NCBI GenBank assembly: GCA_964484865.1
Contig: CAZAFG010000001.1
Location: 24,804-63,129 of the forward strand
Direction of reading: 5' to 3'
Length of the DNA stretch: 38,326 nucleotides
Origin: an uncultured Candidatus Saccharibacteria bacterium
GTDB lineage: Bacteria > Patescibacteriota > Minisyncoccia > Phycocordibacterales > UBA9973
The notes beneath the pieces are model-generated. The model ran no database searches. It had not been told where the DNA came from and worked only from the letters and a program-made list of their open reading frames with translations. The position numbers and the translations under genes are program-made. Shown here piece after piece: positions 1 to 7,732 of this stretch. Each line of letters starts with the position of its first letter. Within the stretch, counting starts at the first letter, position 1.

Positions 1-766
1 GTTTTAGCTCTGCATCAATAGCTTTGACAATCTCGTTAGTGCCAACCTGGGCAGAGCGAGGTAGACCTTGGATAAAATCACGCCCCTTGATGGTGACCCT
101 TAGTTCTTCTTCGAGTGGTACTGCCGCACCAATTTTTATTTTTACTTCTTCAGCAGTACGCTCACCTATCGCAAGGTTGAAAGTTTTTTTAATGTAGTCC
201 GCGATAGCAGCATCTATTTTATTACCGGCACACTTTACTGAAGTTGAAGAGACGATACCGCCGAGTGAAATAACCGCGACATCGGTAGTGCCTCCACCTA
301 TGTCCACCACCATATAGCCTTTAGATTCGTGAATCGGAATACCTGCACCGAGGGCAGCCAAGATAGGTTCTTTCACTACATATGCATTCTTAGCTCCAGC
401 ACGAATCGCAGCTTCAACCACAGCTCTCCGTTGAGTCGAAGTCACTCCTGCAGGCACCGACACCATGACATCGGGCTTGAAGAAATTCCACTTACCCATG
501 GCTTTATTGATAAAGTATCGGAGCATAGCTTCAGTCACTCTATAATCCGCAATCACACCATCTTTCATCGGAGAATAAGTGATTATAAATTCTGGAGTTT
601 TGCCAATCATATTTTTAGCTTCAAGGCCGATGGCCAGGATTTTGTTATCCTGTTCAGAAACGGCCACCACTGAAGGCTCGTTTAAAACGATACCTCGGCC
701 AGGCAAGAAAACCAGAGTATTTGCAGTACCTAAGTCGATACCCAATTTCTTTGAGAATATTCCCAT
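1..766 (-). CDS. mreB: Rod shape-determining protein MreB (actin-like ATPase), 3' end cut by window edge
   Basis: Absent from the ORF track because its stop lies outside the window. My reverse-strand translation from ATG at 766 reads MGIFSKKLGIDLGTANTLVFLPGRGIVLNEPSVVAV...GYMVVDIGGGTTDVAVISLGGIV. These are the MreB phosphate-1 and phosphate-2 motifs. Confidence 0.9.
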   Translation of the reverse strand, partial: MGIFSKKLGIDLGTANTLVFLPGRGIVLNEPSVVAVSEQDNKILAIGLEAKNMIGKTPEFIITYSPMKDGVIADYRVTEAMLRYFINKAMGKWNFFKPDVMVSVPAGVTSTQRRAVVEAAIRAGAKNAYVVKEPILAALGAGIPIHESKGYMVVDIGGGTTDVAVISLGGIVSSTSVKCAGNKIDAAIADYIKKTFNLAIGERTAEEVKIKIGAAVPLEEELRVTIKGRDFIQGLPRSAQVGTNEIVKAIDAELK

Positions 767-774
767 ATGCCCCA

Positions 775-783
775 ACTATATCA
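775..783 (-). promoter_or_regulatory. Extended -10 box, apparent leaderless promoter of mreB
   Basis: Minus strand reads TGA-TATAGT-N8-ATG(766). Confidence 0.55.
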
Positions 784-788
784 CATTG

Positions 789-797
789 TGCTAGAAT
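789..797 (+). promoter_or_regulatory. Extended -10 box, apparent leaderless promoter of priA-like gene
   Basis: Plus strand reads TGC-TAGAAT-N7-ATG(805). Confidence 0.6.
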
Positions 798-804
798 AAA
801 AAAC

Positions 805-2748
805 ATGAAGATTTTGACCGTTATTCCTTTTGAAAAAAGGCCATTTGGCGAGAATTTGACCTATTTTTCGGCCAAGGACATTGCCTTAGGCTCAATCGTA
901 AATGTAACTTTGCGAGGACGAGTTCTACTAGCACTCGTGGTGGGAACAGAGGATGCGGCTAGCGCCAAGGGCGAACTGAAAGAACTCGACTTTAACTTAA
1001 AAAAGATTCTGGAAGTGAAAGAAAATTCTATATTTCAAGGTACATACCTAGATGCCATCCTCCAAACTAGTGATTACTTTGCTGCTAGAAAAAATGACGC
1101 GGTTTCTGCTTTGATTCCGACAATTTTAAAAGAAGAACACGACAAAATAGCAAAATGGATCCCAGAGAAAGTTGAAGCTGTTCTAAGCTCAAAACGCATT
1201 TCAGATATTCGCACCGAAAAACTTTTACTTCAAAATAGTTTTGAAGACAGAATTTCTTTTTATAAAACTTTAATCAGAGGTTCCTTCGCAGAAAAAAAAT
1301 CCATCTTTATCATTTTGCCTACCGAGGCAGAAGTCAGGAATTTTGAGACTCTCCTTTCCAAGGGTATTGAACAATTTACTTTTTCTTTTTATGGTGGGTT
1401 AACCTCAAAAAAATCCTTAGATAAAATAAAAAATATGCTGGCCTTAGAACACCCAGTTCTCCTAGTGGGCACTCCGCAATACCTTTCCCTACCCCGACTA
1501 GATCTAAAAACTATCATTCTAGAAAGCGAACGATCAAGCGCTTACAAAATGCAATTCACTCCTTTTTTCGATCTTCGGATATTTGTCGAAGTCTTTGCAT
1601 CACTCCTAGGAACTCGGTTGATCTTGGCTGATACATTGCTCCGCTTTGAGACTTATGCCCGCAAAGAACTAGATGACTTGGGAGATATTTCACCACTCTC
1701 TTTTAGAAGCAACTTCGAAGGTGAGATCGAGATGATAGAAAGAGAAACAGAGAGAAATAAGAGAAGTTTCTCTGTGCTCACTGAAAGCAACATCCAAAGT
1801 ATCAAGGAAGTGCTCGATAAAAAAGAAAATATATTTGTATTTGCTCTTCGTAAGGGGCTAGCGACTTATACAGTCTGTCGCGACTGCAACGACATCGTAC
1901 TGTGTGACACTTGCAACGCTCCTGTAGTCTTGTACCTATCTCGAGATGGTAAAAAAAGAATCTTCAGCTGTAACCGTTGCCAAACCCAGAAAGATCCGGA
2001 TACTCGTTGTGCTCTCTGTGGTAGTTGGAACCTACTACCTTTGGGTATAGGGACCGATACAGTCGAACAAGAATTGCGAGCTCACTTTCCAAAAACAAAA
2101 ATCTGGAAGCTAGATAAAACTTCAGTCAAAAATGCCAAGGAAGCTATGGCCTTGGTAGAAGAGTTTGAAGAAGGAAAAGGTGGTATTCTCCTAGGCACTC
2201 AACTATCTTTGTTTTACCTACGCAAAAAGGTACCAGTGTCCTTGATCGCATCCTTCGACACTCTCTGGAGTATTCCAAACTTCTTGATGGGCGAAAAAAT
2301 AATAGAATTACTGTATCTCTTCATGGCTAAAACTGAAAAGAAGTTGATGATAATTTCTAAAAATATTGACGATCCTGCCCTACGCGCAATAAAAAATGAA
2401 AATTTACTTTCGTATGTTAGGAGCGAACTCTCTGATCGAAAAACTCTAGGCTACCCACCTTACGAGCGCTTTATCAAAGTAACTCACACCGGAACCAAAG
2501 ACGAAGCCCTTGAAGTAAAAAATTATCTACGGGAACTTTTTGCAAACCAAGAAGTAGATATATTTGGCGGCAATAGCGCTACTCATAAAGACAAGTACAC
2601 TATGAACGCCTTAGTGAAACTTGACCGTAAAGACTGGTCACTCCCATCTCTATCTCTAGGAGGGCGTATCGATAAAGAAGTTATGGAAAAAGTCAGAAGT
2701 CTGCCAAAAACATTTGAAGTCAACATAGACCCCGAAAATTTACTATAG
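805..2748 (+). CDS. priA: Primosomal protein N' (PriA)-like protein with degenerate helicase motifs
   Basis: In ORF 721..2748 the first ATG (805, MKILTVIPFEK) sits 7 nt after a -10 box. The 4x CxxC zinc-binding insert is typical of PriA (CRDCNDIVLCDTCNAPVVLY...SCNRCQTQKDPDTRCALCGSW). The PriA-like C-terminal GYPPY motif is present. The Walker A and DExH positions are not conserved (see finding). Confidence 0.8.
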   Translation: MKILTVIPFEKRPFGENLTYFSAKDIALGSIVNVTLRGRVLLALVVGTEDAASAKGELKELDFNLKKILEVKENSIFQGTYLDAILQTSDYFAARKNDAVSALIPTILKEEHDKIAKWIPEKVEAVLSSKRISDIRTEKLLLQNSFEDRISFYKTLIRGSFAEKKSIFIILPTEAEVRNFETLLSKGIEQFTFSFYGGLTSKKSLDKIKNMLALEHPVLLVGTPQYLSLPRLDLKTIILESERSSAYKMQFTPFFDLRIFVEVFASLLGTRLILADTLLRFETYARKELDDLGDISPLSFRSNFEGEIEMIERETERNKRSFSVLTESNIQSIKEVLDKKENIFVFALRKGLATYTVCRDCNDIVLCDTCNAPVVLYLSRDGKKRIFSCNRCQTQKDPDTRCALCGSWNLLPLGIGTDTVEQELRAHFPKTKIWKLDKTSVKNAKEAMALVEEFEEGKGGILLGTQLSLFYLRKKVPVSLIASFDTLWSIPNFLMGEKIIELLYLFMAKTEKKLMIISKNIDDPALRAIKNENLLSYVRSELSDRKTLGYPPYERFIKVTHTGTKDEALEVKNYLRELFANQEVDIFGGNSATHKDKYTMNALVKLDRKDWSLPSLSLGGRIDKEVMEKVRSLPKTFEVNIDPENLL

Positions 2749-2774
2749 TATAATATGTCCATATAAGTAATAAA

Positions 2775-2783
2775 TGTTAGTAT
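2775..2783 (+). promoter_or_regulatory. Extended -10 box upstream of ATG 2792
   Basis: TGT-TAGTAT-N8-ATG(2792). The box overlaps the upstream in-frame ATG at 2774, which favours 2792 as the start. Confidence 0.45.
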
Positions 2784-2791
2784 TTAATTTT

Positions 2792-3847
2792 ATGGACAAT
2801 ACCCAAGGTGTTCCTACAGAATCTAGTAATAGAAAAGTTATCAGAGTATCTCGAAAAAAATTAACAATCTGGATTGTGGTTCTAATCGTGGTTGCTTTTC
2901 TTGCTTACGCAGGATTTAAAATCCTAACACAAACCTTTGGAACTAACAGCGACAGATACTCGCAAGGTTCAGTTCAAATACCGTGTATCCCTGGAGCCGG
3001 AGTGGATTGTGGTGGAGGTTCTAGCAAAAATTATAGTAACTCTGCAAATACTGGCCGAAGTAGCGTAGATGACACTCGAGAATTCATGAAAGTTGGCTAC
3101 CGTGCTGATCTTAAAACTAGAAAAGTAGAAGAAGTAATGCATGATGTTAAGAGTGAAATAGAGCTAGCAGAAGGACGAATCGATAACTTAAACGAATCCA
3201 CCAAGTATAGTCAGGTGACTTTCGTAATTCCAAAATCAAATTTTGAAACTTTTAAAGAAGAGATAGAGGCGCTGACTCACAAGAAACTCTATACCCACAC
3301 TACTACTTCTCAAAATCTTTTAGATCAAAAACAATCCATCGAAGAGCGTGCAAGTAGTGCTAGTAATACCCTTTCTCAACTACAGGCAAAACAACAGACT
3401 CAGACTAACGCTCACAACAAAAAAATAGCCGATCTCCAAATACAACTAAAGGAGACACAGCGAGATCTAGCTACTACTAGAGCAAACTATGCAGCTACTC
3501 CGAGCAACGATCTAAAGGCACAAGAAACCATACTCGTAAAAAGCGAAACTTCTATCCAGCAACAAATAGCCTTAGAAAATTCTAACTATGCTTACTTGAA
3601 TCAAAGTACTCAAAATGAGATTAACTCCGCCAACACTAATCTAGCGAGTATTGGAAAGCAAGATGTCTTATTCACTGATAACATAGAAACCGTAAACGGA
3701 TTTATAAGTGTAAGCTGGATCAACATCTGGGATCTTTTAAAAGTATTCTCACCAGTACACCCAACTATTGTAATCATCATCCTAGTAATAATACTTTGGC
3801 TTTGTATTCGTCGAAAGAACTATGTGCCGAAAGTAGAATTTGTCTAA
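2792..3847 (+). CDS. Membrane-anchored coiled-coil protein, resembles DUF4349 family
   Basis: ORF 2774..3847, with an alternative start at 2774. It has an N-terminal TM (IWIVVLIVVAFLAYAGF), a Q/N/S-rich coiled-coil middle and a C-terminal TM (PTIVIIILVIILWLCI). The segment VTFVIPKSNFETFKEEIEAL is DUF4349-like, recalled from memory. Confidence 0.65.
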   Translation: MDNTQGVPTESSNRKVIRVSRKKLTIWIVVLIVVAFLAYAGFKILTQTFGTNSDRYSQGSVQIPCIPGAGVDCGGGSSKNYSNSANTGRSSVDDTREFMKVGYRADLKTRKVEEVMHDVKSEIELAEGRIDNLNESTKYSQVTFVIPKSNFETFKEEIEALTHKKLYTHTTTSQNLLDQKQSIEERASSASNTLSQLQAKQQTQTNAHNKKIADLQIQLKETQRDLATTRANYAATPSNDLKAQETILVKSETSIQQQIALENSNYAYLNQSTQNEINSANTNLASIGKQDVLFTDNIETVNGFISVSWINIWDLLKVFSPVHPTIVIIILVIILWLCIRRKNYVPKVEFV

Positions 3848-3850
3848 AAT

Positions 3851-4258
3851 ATGACAAGTCTCGCTTTACTTTTCACTCTCGCTTGTATTGGTATTAGTGA
3901 GACTATGTACTTGATTCGTAAAAGAATAGCGTCGGAGAAACCTATCTGCCCGATCGGTGGAGGGTGTGAAAAAGTACTCAACAGTAGATATAACAAAATA
4001 TTTTTTCTACCAAACGATCTTCTGGGATTTATGGCTTATATTGCTATTGCTACCCTATCTGCATTTTTGGTTTTAGAAATAGCTCCTACTCTGCTTTGGC
4101 AGATTCTACTCTACCTCTTGGTAGGAGTTGGACTCCTCATGTCAGTACTTTTTACTTACCTTCAATGGAAAGTAATTAAAGCTTGGTGCTTTTGGTGTCT
4201 CATGTCTGCTGCTACCATAGGGCTGATGTCGCTTATCTTAATAGTTAATTTATTATAA
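3851..4258 (+). CDS. Vitamin K epoxide reductase (VKOR) family disulfide-bond-forming membrane protein
   Basis: Multi-TM 135-aa protein with a loop cysteine pair (CPIGGGC) and the CxxC redox motif in a TM helix (WCFWC). It starts 3 nt after the upstream stop. Confidence 0.8.
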   Translation: MTSLALLFTLACIGISETMYLIRKRIASEKPICPIGGGCEKVLNSRYNKIFFLPNDLLGFMAYIAIATLSAFLVLEIAPTLLWQILLYLLVGVGLLMSVLFTYLQWKVIKAWCFWCLMSAATIGLMSLILIVNLL

Positions 4259-4265
4259 TGAAATT

Positions 4266-4658
4266 ATGAAAGACGCATCTTTTCACACTCTCCGAGTAGG
4301 ACTCGCAATAACATTCCTTTGGGTGGGAATTCTGATTTTCCAAAGCCCGGAAGCTTGGGGTGGTTACATCCAACCTTGGGCGTATGATTTACTACCTTTA
4401 GGTGGTAAAGAAATTATGTTAACCACAGCAGTATTCGATGTGATAGTAGGATTCTTGCTCCTTATTGATTCGTATTTATGGATTGCAACCTTACTCGCTT
4501 CGCTTCATTTGATAGTGGTTCTAGTAGTTTCTGGTATAACTGAAGTTACTGTGCGAGACATCGCTATACTGACTGGATCTATCGCTCTCTTTATTGAGTC
4601 CATACCTGAGAGTATAGTCAATAGATTTACCAAGAAGCCTACGACACCAATACAGTAA
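4266..4658 (+). CDS. Small 4-TM membrane protein, DoxX/YkgB-like (tentative)
   Basis: Hydrophobic 130-aa ORF starting 7 nt after VKOR. The N-terminal RVGLAITFLWVGILIF resembles DoxX-type proteins. The family call is weak. Confidence 0.6.
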   Translation: MKDASFHTLRVGLAITFLWVGILIFQSPEAWGGYIQPWAYDLLPLGGKEIMLTTAVFDVIVGFLLLIDSYLWIATLLASLHLIVVLVVSGITEVTVRDIAILTGSIALFIESIPESIVNRFTKKPTTPIQ

Positions 4659-5310
4659 ATTCTCCTTTTTGTTTAACTGGATTTTTAGTTAGATAGTCTA
4701 GCAAGTTTTTTGCACTGTCAGTCTTGATCTCTTCAAACATTTTAGTAAGTTCACGGGCCAAGCAAACTTTCTTGTCAGGACAAAACTTTTCTAGTGCTTC
4801 TAGGGTTTTTAAAATTCTGTGAGGTGACTCATAGAAAACCATTGTTCTCTTGGATTCTGCAATTTCTTTAAACAAAGTTTCTCGCCCCTTCTTGTGTGGT
4901 AAAAATCCCAGAAATGTAAACTCATGAGTAGGTAGTCCAGAAGCTGAAAGCGCAGTGATGAGAGCTGTGGCCCCAGGAATAGGTACGACGGTGACTTCTG
5001 GCAATTCTTCTTTTATTTTTGAAATTAACATTGCTCCTGGATCAGATATTCCCGGAGTCCCAGCATCGGACACTAAAGCTAAATTTTTATCCTCCTTCAG
5101 GAGCTCAAAAATTTTATCAGTTTTGGCAAGTTTACTCTGAGCGTGGTAGCTCATGGTTGGTTTTTTGATTTGATACTTAGCCAAAATCTTGCCAGTCTCC
5201 CGGGTATCTTCGCATAAAATCAAATCGACTTCCTTCAGAGTTTGAAGTGCTCGAAGAGTGATATCTTCCATATTGCCTATCGGGGTAGCCACTACATAAA
5301 ATTTAGACAT
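4639..5310 (-). CDS. rsmI: 16S rRNA (cytidine1402-2'-O)-methyltransferase RsmI
   Basis: FYVVATPIGNMEDITLRALQTLKEVDLILCEDTR is the tetrapyrrole-methylase-fold RsmI N-terminus. The length (223 aa) is typical. Confidence 0.9.
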   Translation of the reverse strand: MSKFYVVATPIGNMEDITLRALQTLKEVDLILCEDTRETGKILAKYQIKKPTMSYHAQSKLAKTDKIFELLKEDKNLALVSDAGTPGISDPGAMLISKIKEELPEVTVVPIPGATALITALSASGLPTHEFTFLGFLPHKKGRETLFKEIAESKRTMVFYESPHRILKTLEALEKFCPDKKVCLARELTKMFEEIKTDSAKNLLDYLTKNPVKQKGEFTVLVS

Positions 5311-5316
5311 AAATAT

Positions 5317-5325
5317 ACTCTAGCA
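5317..5325 (-). promoter_or_regulatory. Extended -10 box, apparent leaderless promoter of rsmI
   Basis: Minus strand reads TGC-TAGAGT-N6-ATG(5310). Confidence 0.5.
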
Positions 5326-5371
5326 CCAAATAATAAAATTAGAAATAATAAATCCAGAACACATTTCCAAG

Positions 5372-5406
5372 TTACCTAACTCTTGCGGCCGGTAGAGTTA
5401 GGTAAT
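5372..5406. repeat. 35-nt hairpin repeat, copy 1 (12-bp perfect stem, GC-rich 10-nt loop)
   Basis: TTACCTAACTCT-tgcggccggt-AGAGTTAGGTAA-t. It matches 6010..6044 at 34 of 35 positions in direct orientation and overlaps the stop codon and last codons of the PaaX-like gene. Confidence 0.9.
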
Positions 5407-5981
5407 TTGAATTCTAAACGCAGAGACCAGTCATTCTCAAGCTTGTCTACTATCATATATAAAACTTCCTTACCTAGCTTGAAATCAGCTTTCAAGAGTG
5501 CGATTAATTCTTCACAATCATAAGGATACACCCAGAGACTTTGCTGAAGTTTTACAAAACCTATTTCCTTCAAAGTCTTCCTCAAGAGAAAGCGAGTTTT
5601 CTTGCGTCGCTCTCTGATATCAAAAGTCACGATTCGCCAACGCCCATCCCACTTTTTCGGCTTTTTTAACTTAAAATTATGTTTCTCTAAAAATCCTAAA
5701 GTAGCTTCTCCTTTCTTGGTTAATCGGACAAACTTTTTGTTTTTTAGCTCTATAATTTCAACCAACCCTTTCTCTTCTAGTCGTAAGAGCGAACGGTTGA
5801 TCGAATACTTTAATTTTTTCTTTCTCTCATCCTTACCTTCAAAGAGTTTAATTATCGAGACGACATTCGGAGCTACTGCAGCCATGCTAAGCATTCCTAA
5901 TCCAAAAATACTGCGGAGTATTATCTTTTGAATATTTTTCCGTTTGTCTTGGAGTTCAAGTTCTTTCTCTAATTTATTCAC
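5376..5981 (-). CDS. PaaX-like winged-helix transcriptional regulator with Cas2-like C-terminal domain
   Basis: The N-terminal wHTH-like segment is LLRLEEKGLVEIIELKNKKFVRLTKKGE. The segment WDGRWRIVTFDIRERRKKTRFLLRKTLKEIGFVKLQQSLWVYPYD is typical of the PaaX C-terminal/Cas2-like fold. The start codon is GTG. Confidence 0.7.
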   Translation of the reverse strand: MNKLEKELELQDKRKNIQKIILRSIFGLGMLSMAAVAPNVVSIIKLFEGKDERKKKLKYSINRSLLRLEEKGLVEIIELKNKKFVRLTKKGEATLGFLEKHNFKLKKPKKWDGRWRIVTFDIRERRKKTRFLLRKTLKEIGFVKLQQSLWVYPYDCEELIALLKADFKLGKEVLYMIVDKLENDWSLRLEFKLPNSTGRKS

Positions 5982-5987
5982 ATGTCA

Positions 5988-5996
5988 ACCTTAACA
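5988..5996 (-). promoter_or_regulatory. Extended -10 box upstream of PaaX-like gene
   Basis: Minus strand reads TGT-TAAGGT-N6-GTG(5981). Hairpin repeat copy 2 lies where a -35 element would be. Confidence 0.45.
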
Positions 5997-6009
5997 TATT
6001 TTTATCAAA

Positions 6010-6044
6010 TTACCTAACTTTTGCGGCCGGTAGAGTTAGGTAAT
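6010..6044. repeat. 35-nt hairpin repeat, copy 2
   Basis: TTACCTAACTTT-tgcggccggt-AGAGTTAGGTAA-t. The single C-to-T change keeps the stem pairing as G-U. It lies 29 nt upstream of the PaaX-like start. Confidence 0.9.
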
Positions 6045-6150
6045 CTTGTAAGAGTCTAAAAACAAAGCACATTTTGAGATTTTCTATTGTTGGAAAGATT
6101 CATGTTGTTTTTAAAATATCCTTATTTTTCCACACCTTTTTCCACTTTAG

Positions 6151-6179
6151 TTGACTTTTTGTCAACGATATGCTATACT
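6151..6179 (+). promoter_or_regulatory. Canonical sigma-70-type promoter with -35 and -10
   Basis: TTGACT-17 nt-TATACT. The -35 is part of the palindrome TTGACtttttGTCAA. It is followed by a leader of about 125 nt before ATG 6311. Confidence 0.6.
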
Positions 6180-6310
6180 GTATAGGTACCTCGTTTTTTG
6201 AAAAAATTGATTTTAAGATCTGAAAAGATTAGTGATTTCAGCTCCCCTACCTTAAGTAAGAAAGTAAGGATTTGAAATAACTAATCTACTCACATCAATA
6301 AATCTAAAAC

Positions 6311-7084
6311 ATGAAAACGCCAAATGTATTACTGATTATCTCTATCGTTGCATTAGTAACGAGTTGCACAAAGGATGAAATGGTCATGCCACAAGTAGAA
6401 CTTGCGTCCGCAAGTCCGTTCATCTACTATGGTGATGAAATGCCAGGACAGATATCTTTTGAAATAAAAGGTATCGAAACTATATCTCTCAACAAGAGTG
6501 ACGCTAGCCACATCAATATCGCTGACAACTCACAAGCCCTGCTTGTTGAACAAGATGAGATACCTGCAACCTACACACTGAGTGCACCGATCCCCGCTGG
6601 GTTTGACTCCTTAAGAATTTATGTCGGCAGCAGCCATCATGAGTTTTATGCAACGAAAGTGACAATTAAGATAGGGGAAAAATCCTTTGAAATCACTGAC
6701 AAAGATCTTAGCGGAACCGTAAGGTTCGTTAAAGATACTTCAGTTACTGACACTTGGAATAACCCAGGAGGTCATTCAGCTGAATTCCCCATCAACATGG
6801 ATGGAGTGAACCTAGTCGGTGGCAACAATTACTGCAACGGACACTCCTACACGAACTTGAGATTTAGTGGAGGATTATCCCAGCATGCAGGAGAGGTTAT
6901 CTCCGTAACAGTTACGGGCACCATTACTCAAGATGACGATGTCAATATCGGAGCCTTTGGTGGAGATGCTTCTTTCATTCCCTTAGCAGGCTCTGGGGCT
7001 AAAATTGGCTACCATTCCAACTTTGGACAAAAGAATCGTCTACTATACAAGTGGAACAACGAAAAAGATATCGCTACTAAGTAG
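6311..7084 (+). CDS. Putative lipoprotein of unknown function
   Basis: The signal peptide with lipobox-like LVTSC (MKTPNVLLIISIVALVTSCTKDE) is followed by a beta-rich soluble domain. I recognise no family. Confidence 0.7.
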   Translation: MKTPNVLLIISIVALVTSCTKDEMVMPQVELASASPFIYYGDEMPGQISFEIKGIETISLNKSDASHINIADNSQALLVEQDEIPATYTLSAPIPAGFDSLRIYVGSSHHEFYATKVTIKIGEKSFEITDKDLSGTVRFVKDTSVTDTWNNPGGHSAEFPINMDGVNLVGGNNYCNGHSYTNLRFSGGLSQHAGEVISVTVTGTITQDDDVNIGAFGGDASFIPLAGSGAKIGYHSNFGQKNRLLYKWNNEKDIATK

Positions 7085-7115
7085 CTAAAGATGGTGTTCT
7101 CATAGTGTGTTCTGA

Positions 7116-7151
7116 CTTAGTTGGGGTCTGGCTTTATCCGGCCCCACTAAG
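7116..7151 (+). terminator. Stem-loop downstream of lipoprotein gene
   Basis: CTTAGtTGGGGTC...GGCCCCACTAAG forms about 12 bp with one bulge and has a T-rich tail. Confidence 0.45.
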
Positions 7152-7208
7152 TTCTTAGTTCAAGAATAATTTGTGTTTCGGGATACTCTCCCCCATATTT
7201 CGATAAGT

Positions 7209-7244
7209 CATCCGCATGCATCACCGCTCGGATGGCTTTTTTTA
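7209..7244 (+). terminator. Rho-independent terminator
   Basis: CATCCG-14 nt-CGGATG followed by GCTTTTTTT. Confidence 0.55.
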
Positions 7245-7715
7245 TTGCAATTTTGGCAAAGATTGCTCTTTGTCAGAATGAAGATGAGCTAAAATACCGA
7301 TAGCTATCGCTACAATCAATACATTTTTTATGATGTATTGACCTTCTAAGGTCGGTACCATAAAACCACTCCATGCAATTTGTGGAAGCAAGAATAAAGG
7401 CATGATAGTGGTAACTAGATGAAGCACAAGAGCAAATATTGCTAATCGTTCCAGGTGAGGTATTAAAAAAAGTAAGCCTATCAAAACTTCGACGATTCCA
7501 AATCCTAGTAAAAATGCATCTGGAGCTATCCAAGGCATAGTTCGTTCGAGAAGTGATATAACCAACGGGCTTGCTGGAGAAAGGGCTAGAACTTTCAACA
7601 TCCCAAACCAAAAGTAAACGAGAAAAATTGCGAAACGAGAAAAAGGCATTACCCAGTTTCGACATGAGTGGATTATTTTATCGTCGCAAATTAATAATTT
7701 TTCGTGAATAGACAT
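7242..7715 (-). CDS. Integral membrane protein, DoxX/YkgB-like (tentative)
   Basis: 157-aa ORF with about 4 TM helices (FAIFLVYFWFGMLKVLAL...). Its start is supported by a perfect leaderless -10 signature. Confidence 0.7.
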   Translation of the reverse strand: MSIHEKLLICDDKIIHSCRNWVMPFSRFAIFLVYFWFGMLKVLALSPASPLVISLLERTMPWIAPDAFLLGFGIVEVLIGLLFLIPHLERLAIFALVLHLVTTIMPLFLLPQIAWSGFMVPTLEGQYIIKNVLIVAIAIGILAHLHSDKEQSLPKLQ

Positions 7716-7721
7716 GCGAGT

Positions 7722-7730
7722 ATTATATCA
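7722..7730 (-). promoter_or_regulatory. Extended -10 box, apparent leaderless promoter (inside atpC 3' flank)
   Basis: Minus strand reads TGA-TATAAT-N6-ATG(7715). Confidence 0.6.
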
Positions 7731-7732
7731 CT

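Noticed and set aside
329-794. Plus-strand ORFs 329..673 and 579..794.
   Set aside because: They lie antisense to, and inside, the clearly recognisable mreB reading frame. Their Ser/His/Arg-rich sequences are typical shadow ORFs.
721-804. Longer N-terminal extensions offered by the ORF track: priA from TTG 721, 17716..18273, 18785..19471, 29637..30068 and 37645..38226.
   Set aside because: In each case a downstream ATG sits 6-8 nt after a -10 box. The extension would also cross a promoter or terminator, or overlap the neighbouring gene.
5372-6044. Possibility that the two 35-nt repeats are a CRISPR array.
   Set aside because: There are only two copies, separated by 603 nt that encode a complete gene. 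The repeats are strong palindromes with no array periodicity, and no cas genes are present.
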